From the NCBI GenBank assembly GCA_041742355.1, contig JBGSIV010000020.1, positions 1 through 45,909 on the forward strand: a stretch of 45,909 bases of DNA. The letters run 5' to 3'. Positions 29,508 to 39,000 of this stretch are shown here, in pieces. Both the position numbers and the translations under genes were made by a program. This stretch comes from Candidatus Zixiibacteriota bacterium. Its GTDB lineage: Bacteria; Zixibacteria; MSB-5A5; GN15; FEB-12. The notes under the pieces are model-generated. The model saw only the letters and a program-made list of their open reading frames with translations. It was not told the origin of the DNA and did not search any database. The number at the start of each line of letters is the position of its first letter. The first letter of the stretch is position 1.

Positions 29508-29921
29508 TCAGGACGCGGCAGCCGAACGGAAATGCTGCTGCGCCGGCTTGTGGTCCACAATTTCATCAGCGTGCGAGGGCATGCCCCGCTTGATTTCGCT
29601 GACATGGACGGCGCCTGCCTCGAGCCCGTTCTTGACGTGCTCTAAAGCCAGGTAGGGGTCGACGGCGTTGCCGCAGGTGAAGAAGTCCACGGCGGCGTAG
29701 CCGTATTCCGGCCAGGTATGAATGGAAATGTGGGACTCGGCGATTACGACGACTCCGGAGATGCCTTGTGGATTGTACCGGTGAAACACCGATCGCACCT
29801 TGGTCGCTCCCGAACGTCGCACGGCTTCGTCCAGGCACTCCTCGAGATACGCCAGGTCATTGAGTTTGTCCTGGTTGCACTCGGTGAGTTCAACAACAAG
29901 ATGGCGACCAAGAATCTTCAT
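29508..29921 (-). CDS. speD: S-adenosylmethionine decarboxylase proenzyme (short class 1B)
   Basis: 'LGRHL', 'PQGISGVVVIAESHISIHTWPEYGYAAVDFFTCG' with the ES-H pyruvoyl cleavage site. Confidence 0.97.
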   Translation of the reverse strand: MKILGRHLVVELTECNQDKLNDLAYLEECLDEAVRRSGATKVRSVFHRYNPQGISGVVVIAESHISIHTWPEYGYAAVDFFTCGNAVDPYLALEHVKNGLEAGAVHVSEIKRGMPSHADEIVDHKPAQQHFRSAAAS

Positions 29922-29957
29922 TTCGTAACCTCCTTCTCAGGGTACGCGGTTTCCCCG

Positions 29958-30500
29958 TCACATCTGCGGCGGTGTTTGGACCCACAGTAGCTTGGCTGTC
30001 CGCTCGCCGGCGTTGCCAATCTGATGTCTCTGATCCGATTCAAAGTAAAAGCAATGTTCTTTCGGCACCTTGAATGACTTGCCGTCGACCCGCAGGGTGA
30101 TCGTTCCGGCGAGCACATAGCCAAACTGCTCGCCCGGCGACGGTCCGCGCGGATCGAGAAATTCTCCGGGACCGAGTTCAAGCATGATCGGGTCCATCAG
30201 GTTGTTGGTGGACCCGGGGATCATCAGCTCGAACTTTCGTATTCCTTTGTCTTCGACAGTCACCCGCTCGGAGGCCTTGAAGACGATCCGGCGGCGTTCG
30301 GCGCTGGAGAAAAACTCCCCCAAACTAATACCAAGAGCTTCAAGTATATCGGCCAGGGAATCAATGTTGATCGAGCTCTGGTCATTCTCGATCTGGGAGA
30401 TGAAACCCCTGGTCAGTCGAGCCCGGCTGGCCAACTCCGCCTGAGTCAAATCGGAAGCCAGTCGGAGCGTCTTAATCTTCTCGCCGATGGCTACTTTCAT
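29958..30500 (-). CDS. XRE HTH + cupin transcriptional regulator (PuuR-like)
   Basis: 'IGEKIKTLR..LTQAELA..LTRGFISQIEND' HTH, then cupin 'GEQFGYVLAG...YFESDQRHQIGN'; heads the polyamine operon. Confidence 0.9.
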   Translation of the reverse strand: MKVAIGEKIKTLRLASDLTQAELASRARLTRGFISQIENDQSSINIDSLADILEALGISLGEFFSSAERRRIVFKASERVTVEDKGIRKFELMIPGSTNNLMDPIMLELGPGEFLDPRGPSPGEQFGYVLAGTITLRVDGKSFKVPKEHCFYFESDQRHQIGNAGERTAKLLWVQTPPQM

Positions 30501-30531
30501 TTCTCCCCGTTCAACAATTCAGTCGGCGGAA

Positions 30532-30600
30532 TGTTCAGTAAAATTGACACCAACCGTTAATAAAGTTGGCAGAAAATAACATGTCGGCCCCAGATGTCAA
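30532..30600 (-). promoter_or_regulatory. promoter and putative tandem operator of the polyamine operon
   Basis: Minus strand TTGACA(30600-30595)-N16-TATTTT with extended TG; two related boxes TCAGTAAAATTGACA and TTAATAAAGTTGGCA lie 22 nt apart at and after the predicted start site. Confidence 0.55.
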
Positions 30601-30757
30601 GACATTTTTTGTTCCCGCCGGGGAATTTTTTTTATTATTGGCAATCTCAAACCGCTTGCCGGGCATGGAGAAGGCGTTATAGGAGAGGAGCAGCCTTCCA
30701 TCCACGCGTAATCTTCCCCCTAATGACCACCTAGTTGGTTTTCTTTCGGAGGAGCTT

Positions 30758-31315
30758 ATGGTGAAAGTCGCGGTTCCCGTATTGCTGGTATTCGCGTCGG
30801 CTCTCGGAGCATGTGCCGGCGACCTCACATTGGGGGTGGGTATTGCCGGCGGGGCCGTCATTCCGATCGTGCAGGACGACGAGGCAACGGGTTCACACGC
30901 AACGCTGCGAGCGGCGTATCGCCCGGTCAATTCAATCGCCCTGGAGGCCAGCCTGACGGTCGCGCGGTTCGGTGATCCAAAGATCGATCTGGCCGGCGTT
31001 ACCAACGATCTTCAGGGGTCGAGCCTCACCGCTTACGGCGTCGACGGGATCATCGGCGGCGGGCCGGGGGGCACAGTGCGACCGTTTTTCATCATTGGGA
31101 TCGGGTATTTCCGCGTTTCCCGTGACCAGACCCGGGCCTGGGATAATAACCGGACTGAGTTCGGATACTCCGGGGGACTTGGCCTGGCGGTTGGCCTGAC
31201 CCGCGCACTGCAACTCGATGTGCGCGGCCGCCTCAATATCGTGCCGGCAGAGGGGACCAGTTCACGCAAGTCCGCCTTTGTGCAGGGTGGGCTCAACTAC
31301 TATTTCCGAATCTGA
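30758..31315 (+). CDS. small (about 8-stranded) outer-membrane beta-barrel protein, copy 1
   Basis: Signal peptide, 'RPFFIIGIGY', 'FGYSGGLG', C-terminal beta-signal 'GGLNYYF'. Confidence 0.85.
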   Translation: MVKVAVPVLLVFASALGACAGDLTLGVGIAGGAVIPIVQDDEATGSHATLRAAYRPVNSIALEASLTVARFGDPKIDLAGVTNDLQGSSLTAYGVDGIIGGGPGGTVRPFFIIGIGYFRVSRDQTRAWDNNRTEFGYSGGLGLAVGLTRALQLDVRGRLNIVPAEGTSSRKSAFVQGGLNYYFRI

Positions 31316-31327
31316 TTGGAGGTCTCT

Positions 31328-31876
31328 ATGCGACGAATGCTTATCAAGTCCCGGCTGGTTCTCCCGGGAGCGCTGGTGACTGCACTGATTCTCGGCGGCT
31401 GCCTTCTCTCAGGCACGTTCACGGTCGACGAGAAATTCACCTTCGAGGTACAGGAGGGGTTGTACTTCCACGCCGCCGATGTCACCGACGAGAGCGATTG
31501 GCAGGAGCACAAGGATGACATTGACAATGTCGATATGGTCGGCTTTGAACTCTGGATGACCAACCATCAGAGCACCCCCGCCTCATTCTCGGTCTACGTA
31601 GATGATTTCGGCGAACCGCAATGGACCGGCGCGGCCGATGTGGAGTCGAACGCGGTGAAGGTCTTCGGGGATCTTGCACTGAAACCGGGGGACGGTGTGC
31701 AGACGCACGTCACCTACGGTGAGTCGCTGGGCATGTTTCGCAACGTCGGCGAACTCCGCCGGCTGGCGCGGGAGGGACGGTTCCATGTCTACGGCATCTC
31801 AAGTGCTGCCGCGGGTTCCGAGTTCACGATTGACAGCGCCCGGGTGGTGGTGACGTTCACGGCGTCGGTCCATTGA
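31328..31876 (+). CDS. lipoprotein of unknown function, copy 1
   Basis: GGAGG RBS, ATG at 31328, basic N-region and lipobox 'LGGC'; paralogue of 32700..33245. Confidence 0.8.
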   Translation: MRRMLIKSRLVLPGALVTALILGGCLLSGTFTVDEKFTFEVQEGLYFHAADVTDESDWQEHKDDIDNVDMVGFELWMTNHQSTPASFSVYVDDFGEPQWTGAADVESNAVKVFGDLALKPGDGVQTHVTYGESLGMFRNVGELRRLAREGRFHVYGISSAAAGSEFTIDSARVVVTFTASVH

Positions 31877-32128
31877 CCGGGACGCTTCTAAGATCGGCAG
31901 TTCACCTGCGGTTGCCGGAAAGAATGGTCCGAACCGGGAGCAACGTGAGGACGCTGCTCCCGGTTTCCACGACTGGTGCTATCCGGCTGCAGAAGGTCCT
32001 TCATGCCGGCGAGGGGAAAACAAAACACTTGACTCGACTCTGCCCGAAGATCTATGTTGTCTTGGATTCAGGGTTATTCGTATGTCACCGACAACTGAAC
32101 CAATACACCTTCTCGCAGGAGAGATCCT

Positions 32129-32686
32129 ATGATCCGCAGCATCTTTGCCGCAGTTCTCCTTCTGGCTCTGACTACGGCAGTCCAGGCACAGGGATTGTCG
32201 CTCGGATTCGGCGCCAGCGGAGGCTTGAACATCCCGATCGCACAGGATGATCAGGGCTCCGGGACCGGCTTTGCCCTCCGGGCGATTCTTCGGCCGATCA
32301 GCCTGGTTGCATTTGAGGCCAACTTGAATTTGGCCAGTTACGGCGACCCGGAACTCGATGTCGAAGGGGTCACCAATGACCTCGAAGGATCCTCGGTCAC
32401 CGCGTACGGGATCGACGCGACGCTCGGCGGTGGCGCCGGCCCCGGGTTCCACCCGTTTCTGATCGGCGGACTCGGCATGTTCGATGTCTCCCGCGATCAG
32501 ACCGCGGCGTTCGATGAGGACGGCGCCCAGTTCGGCTGGACCGCCGGTCTCGGTTTCGCCATCGGCGTCGGCCGCAATCTGAGCCTCGACCTGCGCGGCC
32601 GGCTCAATATCATCCCGACCGAGGGCAGCAGTTCGCAGAAGTCGGCGTTCGTGCTGGGCGGTCTGAACTTCTACCTCGGAAAGTGA
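32129..32686 (+). CDS. small outer-membrane beta-barrel protein, copy 2
   Basis: Signal peptide ending VQA; shares 'IP..QDD', 'GVTNDL.GSS.TAYG.D', 'VSRDQT', 'RGRLNI.P.EG.SS.KSAFV.GGLN' with copy 1. Confidence 0.88.
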   Translation: MIRSIFAAVLLLALTTAVQAQGLSLGFGASGGLNIPIAQDDQGSGTGFALRAILRPISLVAFEANLNLASYGDPELDVEGVTNDLEGSSVTAYGIDATLGGGAGPGFHPFLIGGLGMFDVSRDQTAAFDEDGAQFGWTAGLGFAIGVGRNLSLDLRGRLNIIPTEGSSSQKSAFVLGGLNFYLGK

Positions 32687-32699
32687 GGGGACTACAACC

Positions 32700-33245
32700 A
32701 TGAAGATGCTCAAGTCTGTGCTTGCTCTGCTGACGGTCCTGTCGGCGGCGCTCCTGATCGGCGGCTGCTTGATGTCGGGGACCTTCACGATAGTCGAAGA
32801 GTTCTCCTTCACCTCGGAGCAGGCGATCTACTTCTACCCGGTGGATGTGACCGATGAGGAGGAGTGGAAGGACCACAAGGACGATATCGACCGGATCGAT
32901 ATTATCGGATTCGAATTGTGGATTACCAATAACCAGGCCGCTCCGGATACACTGGCGGTGTACATCGACGATTACGGTGAAACCGAATGGAACTCGCTTG
33001 CTCAGTTGCAGGCCAACACCGTCAAGGTGTTCGGCGATCTCGCGATTGCGGGCGGCGTCGGGACTCAGACCCATGTAACCTACGGCCAGTCGCTTGGATA
33101 CATTCAGAATGTCGCCGAACTTCGTCGCTTGGCGAAAGAGGGGAGGTTCCACTACTATGGGACCTCGCCCGGAGACGGTGCGGCCGGTTACACCGTTGAT
33201 AGCGTAAGGGTAGTCCTGACTTTTGAGGCCTCGGGCGGTTTTTAA
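32700..33245 (+). CDS. lipoprotein of unknown function, copy 2
   Basis: Lipobox 'IGGC' then 'LMSGTFT'; shares 'HKDDID', 'GFELW.TN', 'VKVFGDLA', 'QTHVTYG.SLG', 'ELRRLA.EGRFH.YG' with copy 1. Confidence 0.85.
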   Translation: MKMLKSVLALLTVLSAALLIGGCLMSGTFTIVEEFSFTSEQAIYFYPVDVTDEEEWKDHKDDIDRIDIIGFELWITNNQAAPDTLAVYIDDYGETEWNSLAQLQANTVKVFGDLAIAGGVGTQTHVTYGQSLGYIQNVAELRRLAKEGRFHYYGTSPGDGAAGYTVDSVRVVLTFEASGGF

Positions 33246-33286
33246 CACCGATCCCCGACCGTTGCGCTCAGGGCGCATAGTGACAC

Positions 33287-33318
33287 GAGGCGGAACCGTC
33301 GGTTCCGCCTCTTTTTTT
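33287..33318 (+). terminator. intrinsic terminator
   Basis: gaggcggaacc-gtc-ggttccgcctc followed by T7. Confidence 0.85.
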
Positions 33319-33399
33319 GAGCCGCTAACCTTGCCAATCGCCCCGAATATCGTACATTAGCCTCAGAAAACGAGTAATGTTCATTCAGGAGATTCGGTC

Positions 33400-34797
33400 A
33401 TAGAGAACTTCAATATCGTCATTATAGGCGGCGGCCCGGGCGGCTACACAGCGGCGATCCGGGCGGCCCAGAAGGGGGCCAAGGTTGCGGTGGTCGAGGG
33501 AGGCGAGTTGGGTGGGGTCTGCCTCAATGTCGGCTGCATTCCGTCGAAGACCCTTATCGCCTCGGCTTCCCAGTACCAGCGGATGAAGGATGCCGCGGAG
33601 TTCGGGATTACGCTCCCGGGCGCGCCGGTATACGACTGGATGGCGATGCGAGCACGCAAGGACAAGATTGTCAAGATGCTTGTCGGCGGGATCGGTCAGC
33701 TGTTCAAGTCGCACGGGGTGACGACCTGCAACGGCTACGGCAGGATCACCGGGACCAACCAGGTTACCGTGGTGAACGAGGACGGCAACGAGACGAAACT
33801 CAAGGCCGACAGCATCATCATCGCGACAGGTTCCAGATCGCGGAATATCCCGACATTCCCGGTCGATGGGAAGCGGATTCTCAATTCCAGCCACCTGCTG
33901 GAGGTCGACCACCTGCCGCAGTCGTTGCTGATTATCGGTGCCGGTGTGATCGGCTGCGAGTGGGCCTGCATGGCGGCGCTGCTCGATGTCAAAGTGACCG
34001 TGGTTGAAATGCTCGATCAAGCGCTGCCGTTGGAGGACGCCGGGAGCGCCAAGCTGCTTGAGCGCGAAATGAAGAAACTCGGGATCAACCTGCATACGAA
34101 GACGATGGTCGAGCAGGTGCTGCCCGGCAACGAATTGGTACAGGCGAAGCTGTCCAACGGGCAGACAGTTGAGGCGCACCAGGTGCTCGTGGCGGTTGGC
34201 CGGGCGTTCAACACTGAGGATCTCGGTCTCGAGGAAGTCGGGATCAAAACCAACAAGAATGGGTCGATTCCCACCGGCGAGGATATGCGCACGAATATCC
34301 CCAATATTTTCGCGATTGGCGATGTCCGCGGCGAGATCCTCTTGGCGTACACGGCTGTCCATGACGGCTCGGTGGCTGTGGACAACGCTCTTGGCGGCAA
34401 GACGACTAGGAACTACTCCGGGGTGCCCTCGGTGATCTTCACGCATCCTGAGGTAGCTTCGGTCGGAATGACCGAGCAGAAGGCCGCAGAGGGGCATGAC
34501 CTGGCAATCGGTAAATTCCCGCTGCGGACTCTCGGCAAGGCGCACGCCGAGAACGAGATTGCCGGTGAGGTGAAGGTGATTGCCGACAAGAAGTCTGACA
34601 AGCTGTTGGGGGTGCACATGGTCGGCGCGCACGCAACCGAAGCGATCCATGTCGCTGCGCTGGCGATCAACCGGGGATTGACGGCGACCGAGCTGGGGTC
34701 GCTCATCTTTGGCCATCCGGTGATTTCGGAGTCGATAATGGAAGCGGCGCACGATGTGCACGGGATGTCGGTGCACCTGGCCAAGAAGCGGAAGTAG
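33400..34797 (+). CDS. lpdA: dihydrolipoamide dehydrogenase (E3), apparently starting at ATA
   Basis: In-frame 'ENFNIVIIGGGPGGYTAAIRAAQ' FAD motif upstream of the ORF-track start, 'GGVCLNVGCIPSK' redox disulfide, 'IIGAGVIGCE', 'HPVISE'; AGGAG lies 8 nt before ATA at 33400. Confidence 0.93.
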   Translation: MENFNIVIIGGGPGGYTAAIRAAQKGAKVAVVEGGELGGVCLNVGCIPSKTLIASASQYQRMKDAAEFGITLPGAPVYDWMAMRARKDKIVKMLVGGIGQLFKSHGVTTCNGYGRITGTNQVTVVNEDGNETKLKADSIIIATGSRSRNIPTFPVDGKRILNSSHLLEVDHLPQSLLIIGAGVIGCEWACMAALLDVKVTVVEMLDQALPLEDAGSAKLLEREMKKLGINLHTKTMVEQVLPGNELVQAKLSNGQTVEAHQVLVAVGRAFNTEDLGLEEVGIKTNKNGSIPTGEDMRTNIPNIFAIGDVRGEILLAYTAVHDGSVAVDNALGGKTTRNYSGVPSVIFTHPEVASVGMTEQKAAEGHDLAIGKFPLRTLGKAHAENEIAGEVKVIADKKSDKLLGVHMVGAHATEAIHVAALAINRGLTATELGSLIFGHPVISESIMEAAHDVHGMSVHLAKKRK

Positions 34798-35191
34798 ACG
34801 GGTTGCCGGGCAACGGCTGTCTTTCGATATTATATAGCCTGAGATCACGGTCTGCGGCGGCGCAGAAAATGTCAGTGTACCGCCGCAGATTTTCTTTGTG
34901 CGCCTCGAGGGCGGCCTTCGCGGGGATATGCTTAGGTGTTGCGAGCCAATCATTTGGACTCTGGGTTGGTGGTAATCGTGACAACTCCTGTCGCAGCATC
35001 TGCGCCGCGACTGTTTGGGACCTATGCAGCAGGGCCGGACACGACGGTCTATCCGTAAGTACGATAAGAGCTTAACTGGCAACTCTGGATTCCGTCACCT
35101 TCCGGCATGGATGTTGTGTATAGGTTTGTCGACGTTAGTTTCTCTTACATAGTCGGTATGGCGGTGAAGGGTATGTAAGAGGTGGGGATTG

Positions 35192-35230
35192 AAGGGAGCC
35201 ACTGGAGCAAGAGTGGCTCCTTTATTTTTT
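35192..35230 (+). terminator. orphan intrinsic terminator in a long intergenic region
   Basis: ggagccact/agtggctcc stem followed by tttatttttt. Confidence 0.7.
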
Positions 35231-35545
35231 GGGCGGTGAGTGGTGGGGGAATCGGAGAAGCACCTCCAGATCCATGCTTCAGGTTCACATTTTGGACACA
35301 GGTAAGTCACGCGATCTGCGCCGGAGCGTTGTTTTGGCACAGGCGAGGAGGCAATCACGTAGGCAGGGAAAGGGGGGCTACGACCGGTGCCAGACCCGGG
35401 GTCAAGGGTCAGCAGGGGATCTTGGTCTCTGCGCGGGATTAGGTTTCGGCAGAGGCCCTCGTCGCGGCGGAGGACCCGTTTCCAAAGGGGAAAGCGTGTG
35501 CGCCGGGAAGGTTTGCCGTGCACGCAAAGTGGGGCCGCATTAATC

Positions 35546-35573
35546 TTGACAGGTTGGCTGGAATTGTTAAATT
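35546..35573 (+). promoter_or_regulatory. sigma70-type promoter of the tRNA
   Basis: TTGACA-N16-TAAATT with extended TG, 75 nt upstream of the tRNA. Confidence 0.6.
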
Positions 35574-35648
35574 AGTAGGCTTGCAGCGCGACCTTGACAG
35601 CGTGCTGTGGCGCCAGGAGTCGATGTATTGCGACGAACTGGCAATAAT

Positions 35649-35722
35649 GGCGGTGTAGCTCAGTTGGTTAGAGCAGCGGAATCATAATCCGCGTGTCCGG
35701 GGTTCGAGTCCCTGCACCGCTA
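35649..35722 (+). tRNA. tRNA-Met(CAT), probably elongator; CCA not encoded
   Basis: Acceptor GGCGGTG/CACCGCT, D arm GCTC..GAGC, anticodon arm GCGGA-atCATaa-TCCGC, T loop GTTCGAG; lacks the initiator C1:A72 mismatch and the GGG/CCC anticodon stem. Confidence 0.95.
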
Positions 35723-35992
35723 TAAGACATTGTGGATACGGGCAGCAGGGCCGCCCTGAGTGGCCCTACTGCCTGGCCACCGTAACGATCACTCCCCCCT
35801 CCCCAACCTCCGACGTTACCTCAAGACCTTCTATGAACAGACGTTTCAGTTCCTGTCTATCGATTTGCGCCTCCGGTTCATGGCGTCTCATTAGTGCCGG
35901 CAACGCTCTTGACAAGTGCTCTCCACTGCAACCCCGTTTAACAACAAGACCCTCCGTGCACGACTTCAGCTGAATCGCTAACCATCCCAGGC

Positions 35993-36027
35993 AAAAAAGG
36001 CCCGCCGGCGAAAACGCCGGCGGGCCT
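35993..36027 (-). terminator. terminator of the 1335-aa gene
   Basis: aggcccgccggcg-aaaa-cgccggcgggcct with an A-run on the left, which is a U-tract on the minus strand. Confidence 0.85.
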
Positions 36028-36056
36028 ATTCGTAAAGCGATTAACGTATTATGAGC

Positions 36057-39000
36057 CTACGGATGTTGCAACGCCGGACCGGCCTTGAACAGGAAGTTGA
36101 CCAGGTAGGTCAGGTCAGCCACGTTCGGCTGCGTGCTCACAGAGCCGTCGATATTCGCGTTTGCCATATCCAGAGGCGCCGTGCCGCCGCGGAAGAGGAA
36201 GTTGACCATGTATGTCAGGTCAGCCACATTCACCGCGAAGTCACGGTTGAGGTCGCCCGGAACGTGTCCGCGCACGACCGCTTTCAAGTCGTCGATCTGG
36301 CCAGGAACACCGTCGATCTCATAGAAGACGTCGAAGAAGGAATCGACATATCCCCAGATGAGCCCGCCGTTCTGAATCTCAGCACAGAGGACATACTGCT
36401 TGAGATCGAACTGCACGTCGAGAACGTCGCCGGTGAGTTCACCGAAGCCGCCCGTGATAACACTGGTTCCGTTCAGCGGCACGGGACAACCATCGATTTT
36501 CACTTCGACGTTTTCCATATCAGCAGCGTCGCCGCTCGCCAGAGCCGCGTCGCTCAGATACAGATGGCCCCAATTTTGGCCGACCGAGAACTTCTCCAGG
36601 ACCAGAATCGGATTCGGCGAGTACGCATGCGTGAACACCGGACCGGGAGTCCCTACCGTGAGCGTGTAGTCCTCGACCTCGCCGTAGGTATCAGCACCGC
36701 ACGGAGTCGGCGTCGTGTTGTAGGTCACACGCACGCGCATGAGCACGTTGCCTTCGACGGCATTGCTCGGGACGACCACCGTGCCGGTATACGGACCGAC
36801 ACCGGTCGAAACATCAAGTACCACCTCCTCGGCCACGTCAAAGACCAGGTCATCGTTCCAGTCGACCCAGAGGCCGCCCCTATCGGACGAGTAGCCGTCG
36901 CCGACGACTATCGTGATGGGATAGCTGCCACCGACCTCGACATTTGTGGAGAGGGAGGTGTAATTGGCATACCCGTCACAAGCGGAGGTGTTGTCGATGG
37001 TACCGATTATGACCTGTTCGATAAACTCGTCGCAACCGCCGCTGGCCGCACAGGCCTGCGGTTCGGCCGGCACACAGGTCAATGTGATACCATACTCCCA
37101 CGGCCCGGCCAAACACGGATAACCCGAGTACGCCTGACCTGAGACAAACACGATGTAGTCTCCGGGAGGCAGGGTCGCCGTGATGCTCGACGGGACACAC
37201 TCGTCGGATGTCGCATACGGACTCAGATAACCGGTGAGGTTGTCGCAGGTAGCGATACCCGGCACCGTCTCCTCCAGGAAGCCGATCAGGTATGGGAAGT
37301 TGGCATTGCCGCTCAGCGTGACCGTTGACCAGCTCTCCAGCGTGAAGAGATACCAGTCAGTATCGCGATAGTTGGCTGTGCCATCCGGCGTGTAGGTGCT
37401 GAAGGTACCGCAGACAGTTTCGCCACACGCGATTGCGCCAAACACCGGCGTGACTTCGTTGCAGCCGCCGTTGGTGACGTCGGAGCCGTAGTCTTCGATG
37501 CAGGTCTCTCCTTCAGGCGTACCGGATGTGCAGGTGTATTCGCACCCGCCGGTGAGCGTGATGTTGAGAATGCCGTCGCCAACGTTGGCCGAATAGCCAC
37601 CGACCTCTATATAATAGGTGAGGTTGGGATCAACCGCGGACAGTTCGATCTCCGATTGGACGCCGCAGGCATCGTCGTTGCAGGCGATCTGCGTGAGCGC
37701 GCCGCACGTACCGGTGTAAACGGCCAGCTTCGTGTCAAACGACGAGCCGCACAGGCTGATCGTGGCATCGCCTTCACCGCCCGGCTTGTACGCATACCAG
37801 ATATTGGGCGAACTCATACAGCCGGTAGGACCGTCGTGGGACGTTCCGACTGTCGACCAAGCCAGATCGGCCACCTCGCCGACTGGAATGGCATCGGCGC
37901 AATTGTCGTTCTCCGTCGCCACACAGACGGTGTCAGTGATGGTCAGATTGAACGACGGGATACAGGCCGGAGAAGGCCACGTGTCAATCATCAGGTAGTA
38001 CACACCCGGGGCCAGGTCGACACAAGTCAGCCGCTTATGCGTCGTGCCGCTGGAGCCGGTCACGTAGCCGATGCAGTTGGTCGGCGGGCAGTCGGTCGAC
38101 AGAAGCATGCCTGTATAGGTCGTGCCGAGCGGGTCCAAGTCGATGTTCACAGTCGCGTCCGTCGCCACGGTGATTTCGTAGATGATGTCTTCACCGCCGT
38201 CGTACGAACCCAGGCAGGTGTTGCTGTAGTCATTCAAGCGCCCGCAGGTGTACTGGGCGTTATCGACAAACGGCAGACCGGGAATATCGATCTTGATCGG
38301 GTTGGCGCAGTTGTCACCAGGCACGGCCGGGGCGTCCGAACACGAAATCGTCAGCACGCCGTCGCCGCTGTTGCTGCTGTAACCGCCGACCTCGATCATG
38401 AATTGATCCCCCGCATCGGCCTGGAAGCTCACGACCGATTGGAGACCGGGGTCGCAAGCGTCATCATCCGTCGCAATCACGGCCCCGAGTGGGCCGCACA
38501 CGCAACCGTCGTACACGGCCAAGCGGGTGTCATACAACGATCCACACAGACTGACTGTGACCAGACCGTCGCAGGTCGCGGTGTAGCAGTACCAGATGTT
38601 CGGACTTACAATATAGGTACCACCGCCGTCCCACGATGCGGCAGCCGTCGAAAAGGCCAAATTGGTCACGTCGCCAACAGCCTCGGCATTCGCGCAGTCG
38701 TCGTTTGCCGGCGCGTCCGGGCACTTTGTGGCCGTCACCTCAATCGAGTAATTACCGGCCGCCCCGCTCTCCGGGTCAAGCATGACCGGGTAGTAGTAGG
38801 TACCGGGTTCCAGGCGTTCGAAAACGATGTTCGGATTGCCGTTGGCACAGTCAAAGTCGTAGCTCGTGTAGCTGACCAGCGTACCACAGCCGCAGTCGGT
38901 GACCATGTTCAGCCAACCGTTGCCCCACCCTGCCGGGCTTCCACAGTAGGAAACCGTAACATCCGAGCATTCATCGATCGTAAATGCGATCCAGACATTC

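Noticed and set aside
35060..35110. tmRNA-like 'TAACTGGCAAC' resume context and an SRP-like CCGGAAGG on the minus strand
   Set aside because: There are no tRNA-like tmRNA ends or ..ALAA tag, and the SRP helix-8 internal loop (CAGG/AGCAG) is absent.
35335..35352. TGGCACAGGCGA, matching the -24 half of the flagellin promoter
   Set aside because: The -12 position is GA rather than GC, and no clear gene follows.
35460..35530. GGCAAACC on the minus strand resembling a c-di-GMP-I riboswitch
   Set aside because: The GNRA-capped P2 and the following GCAAAG/P3 elements are not in the required order, and there is no downstream gene on that strand.
35649..36056. tRNA-Met as an integration site for a genomic island
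   Set aside because: I saw no integrase and no duplicated tRNA 3' end in the window, and the downstream genes carry the same tag as genes upstream.
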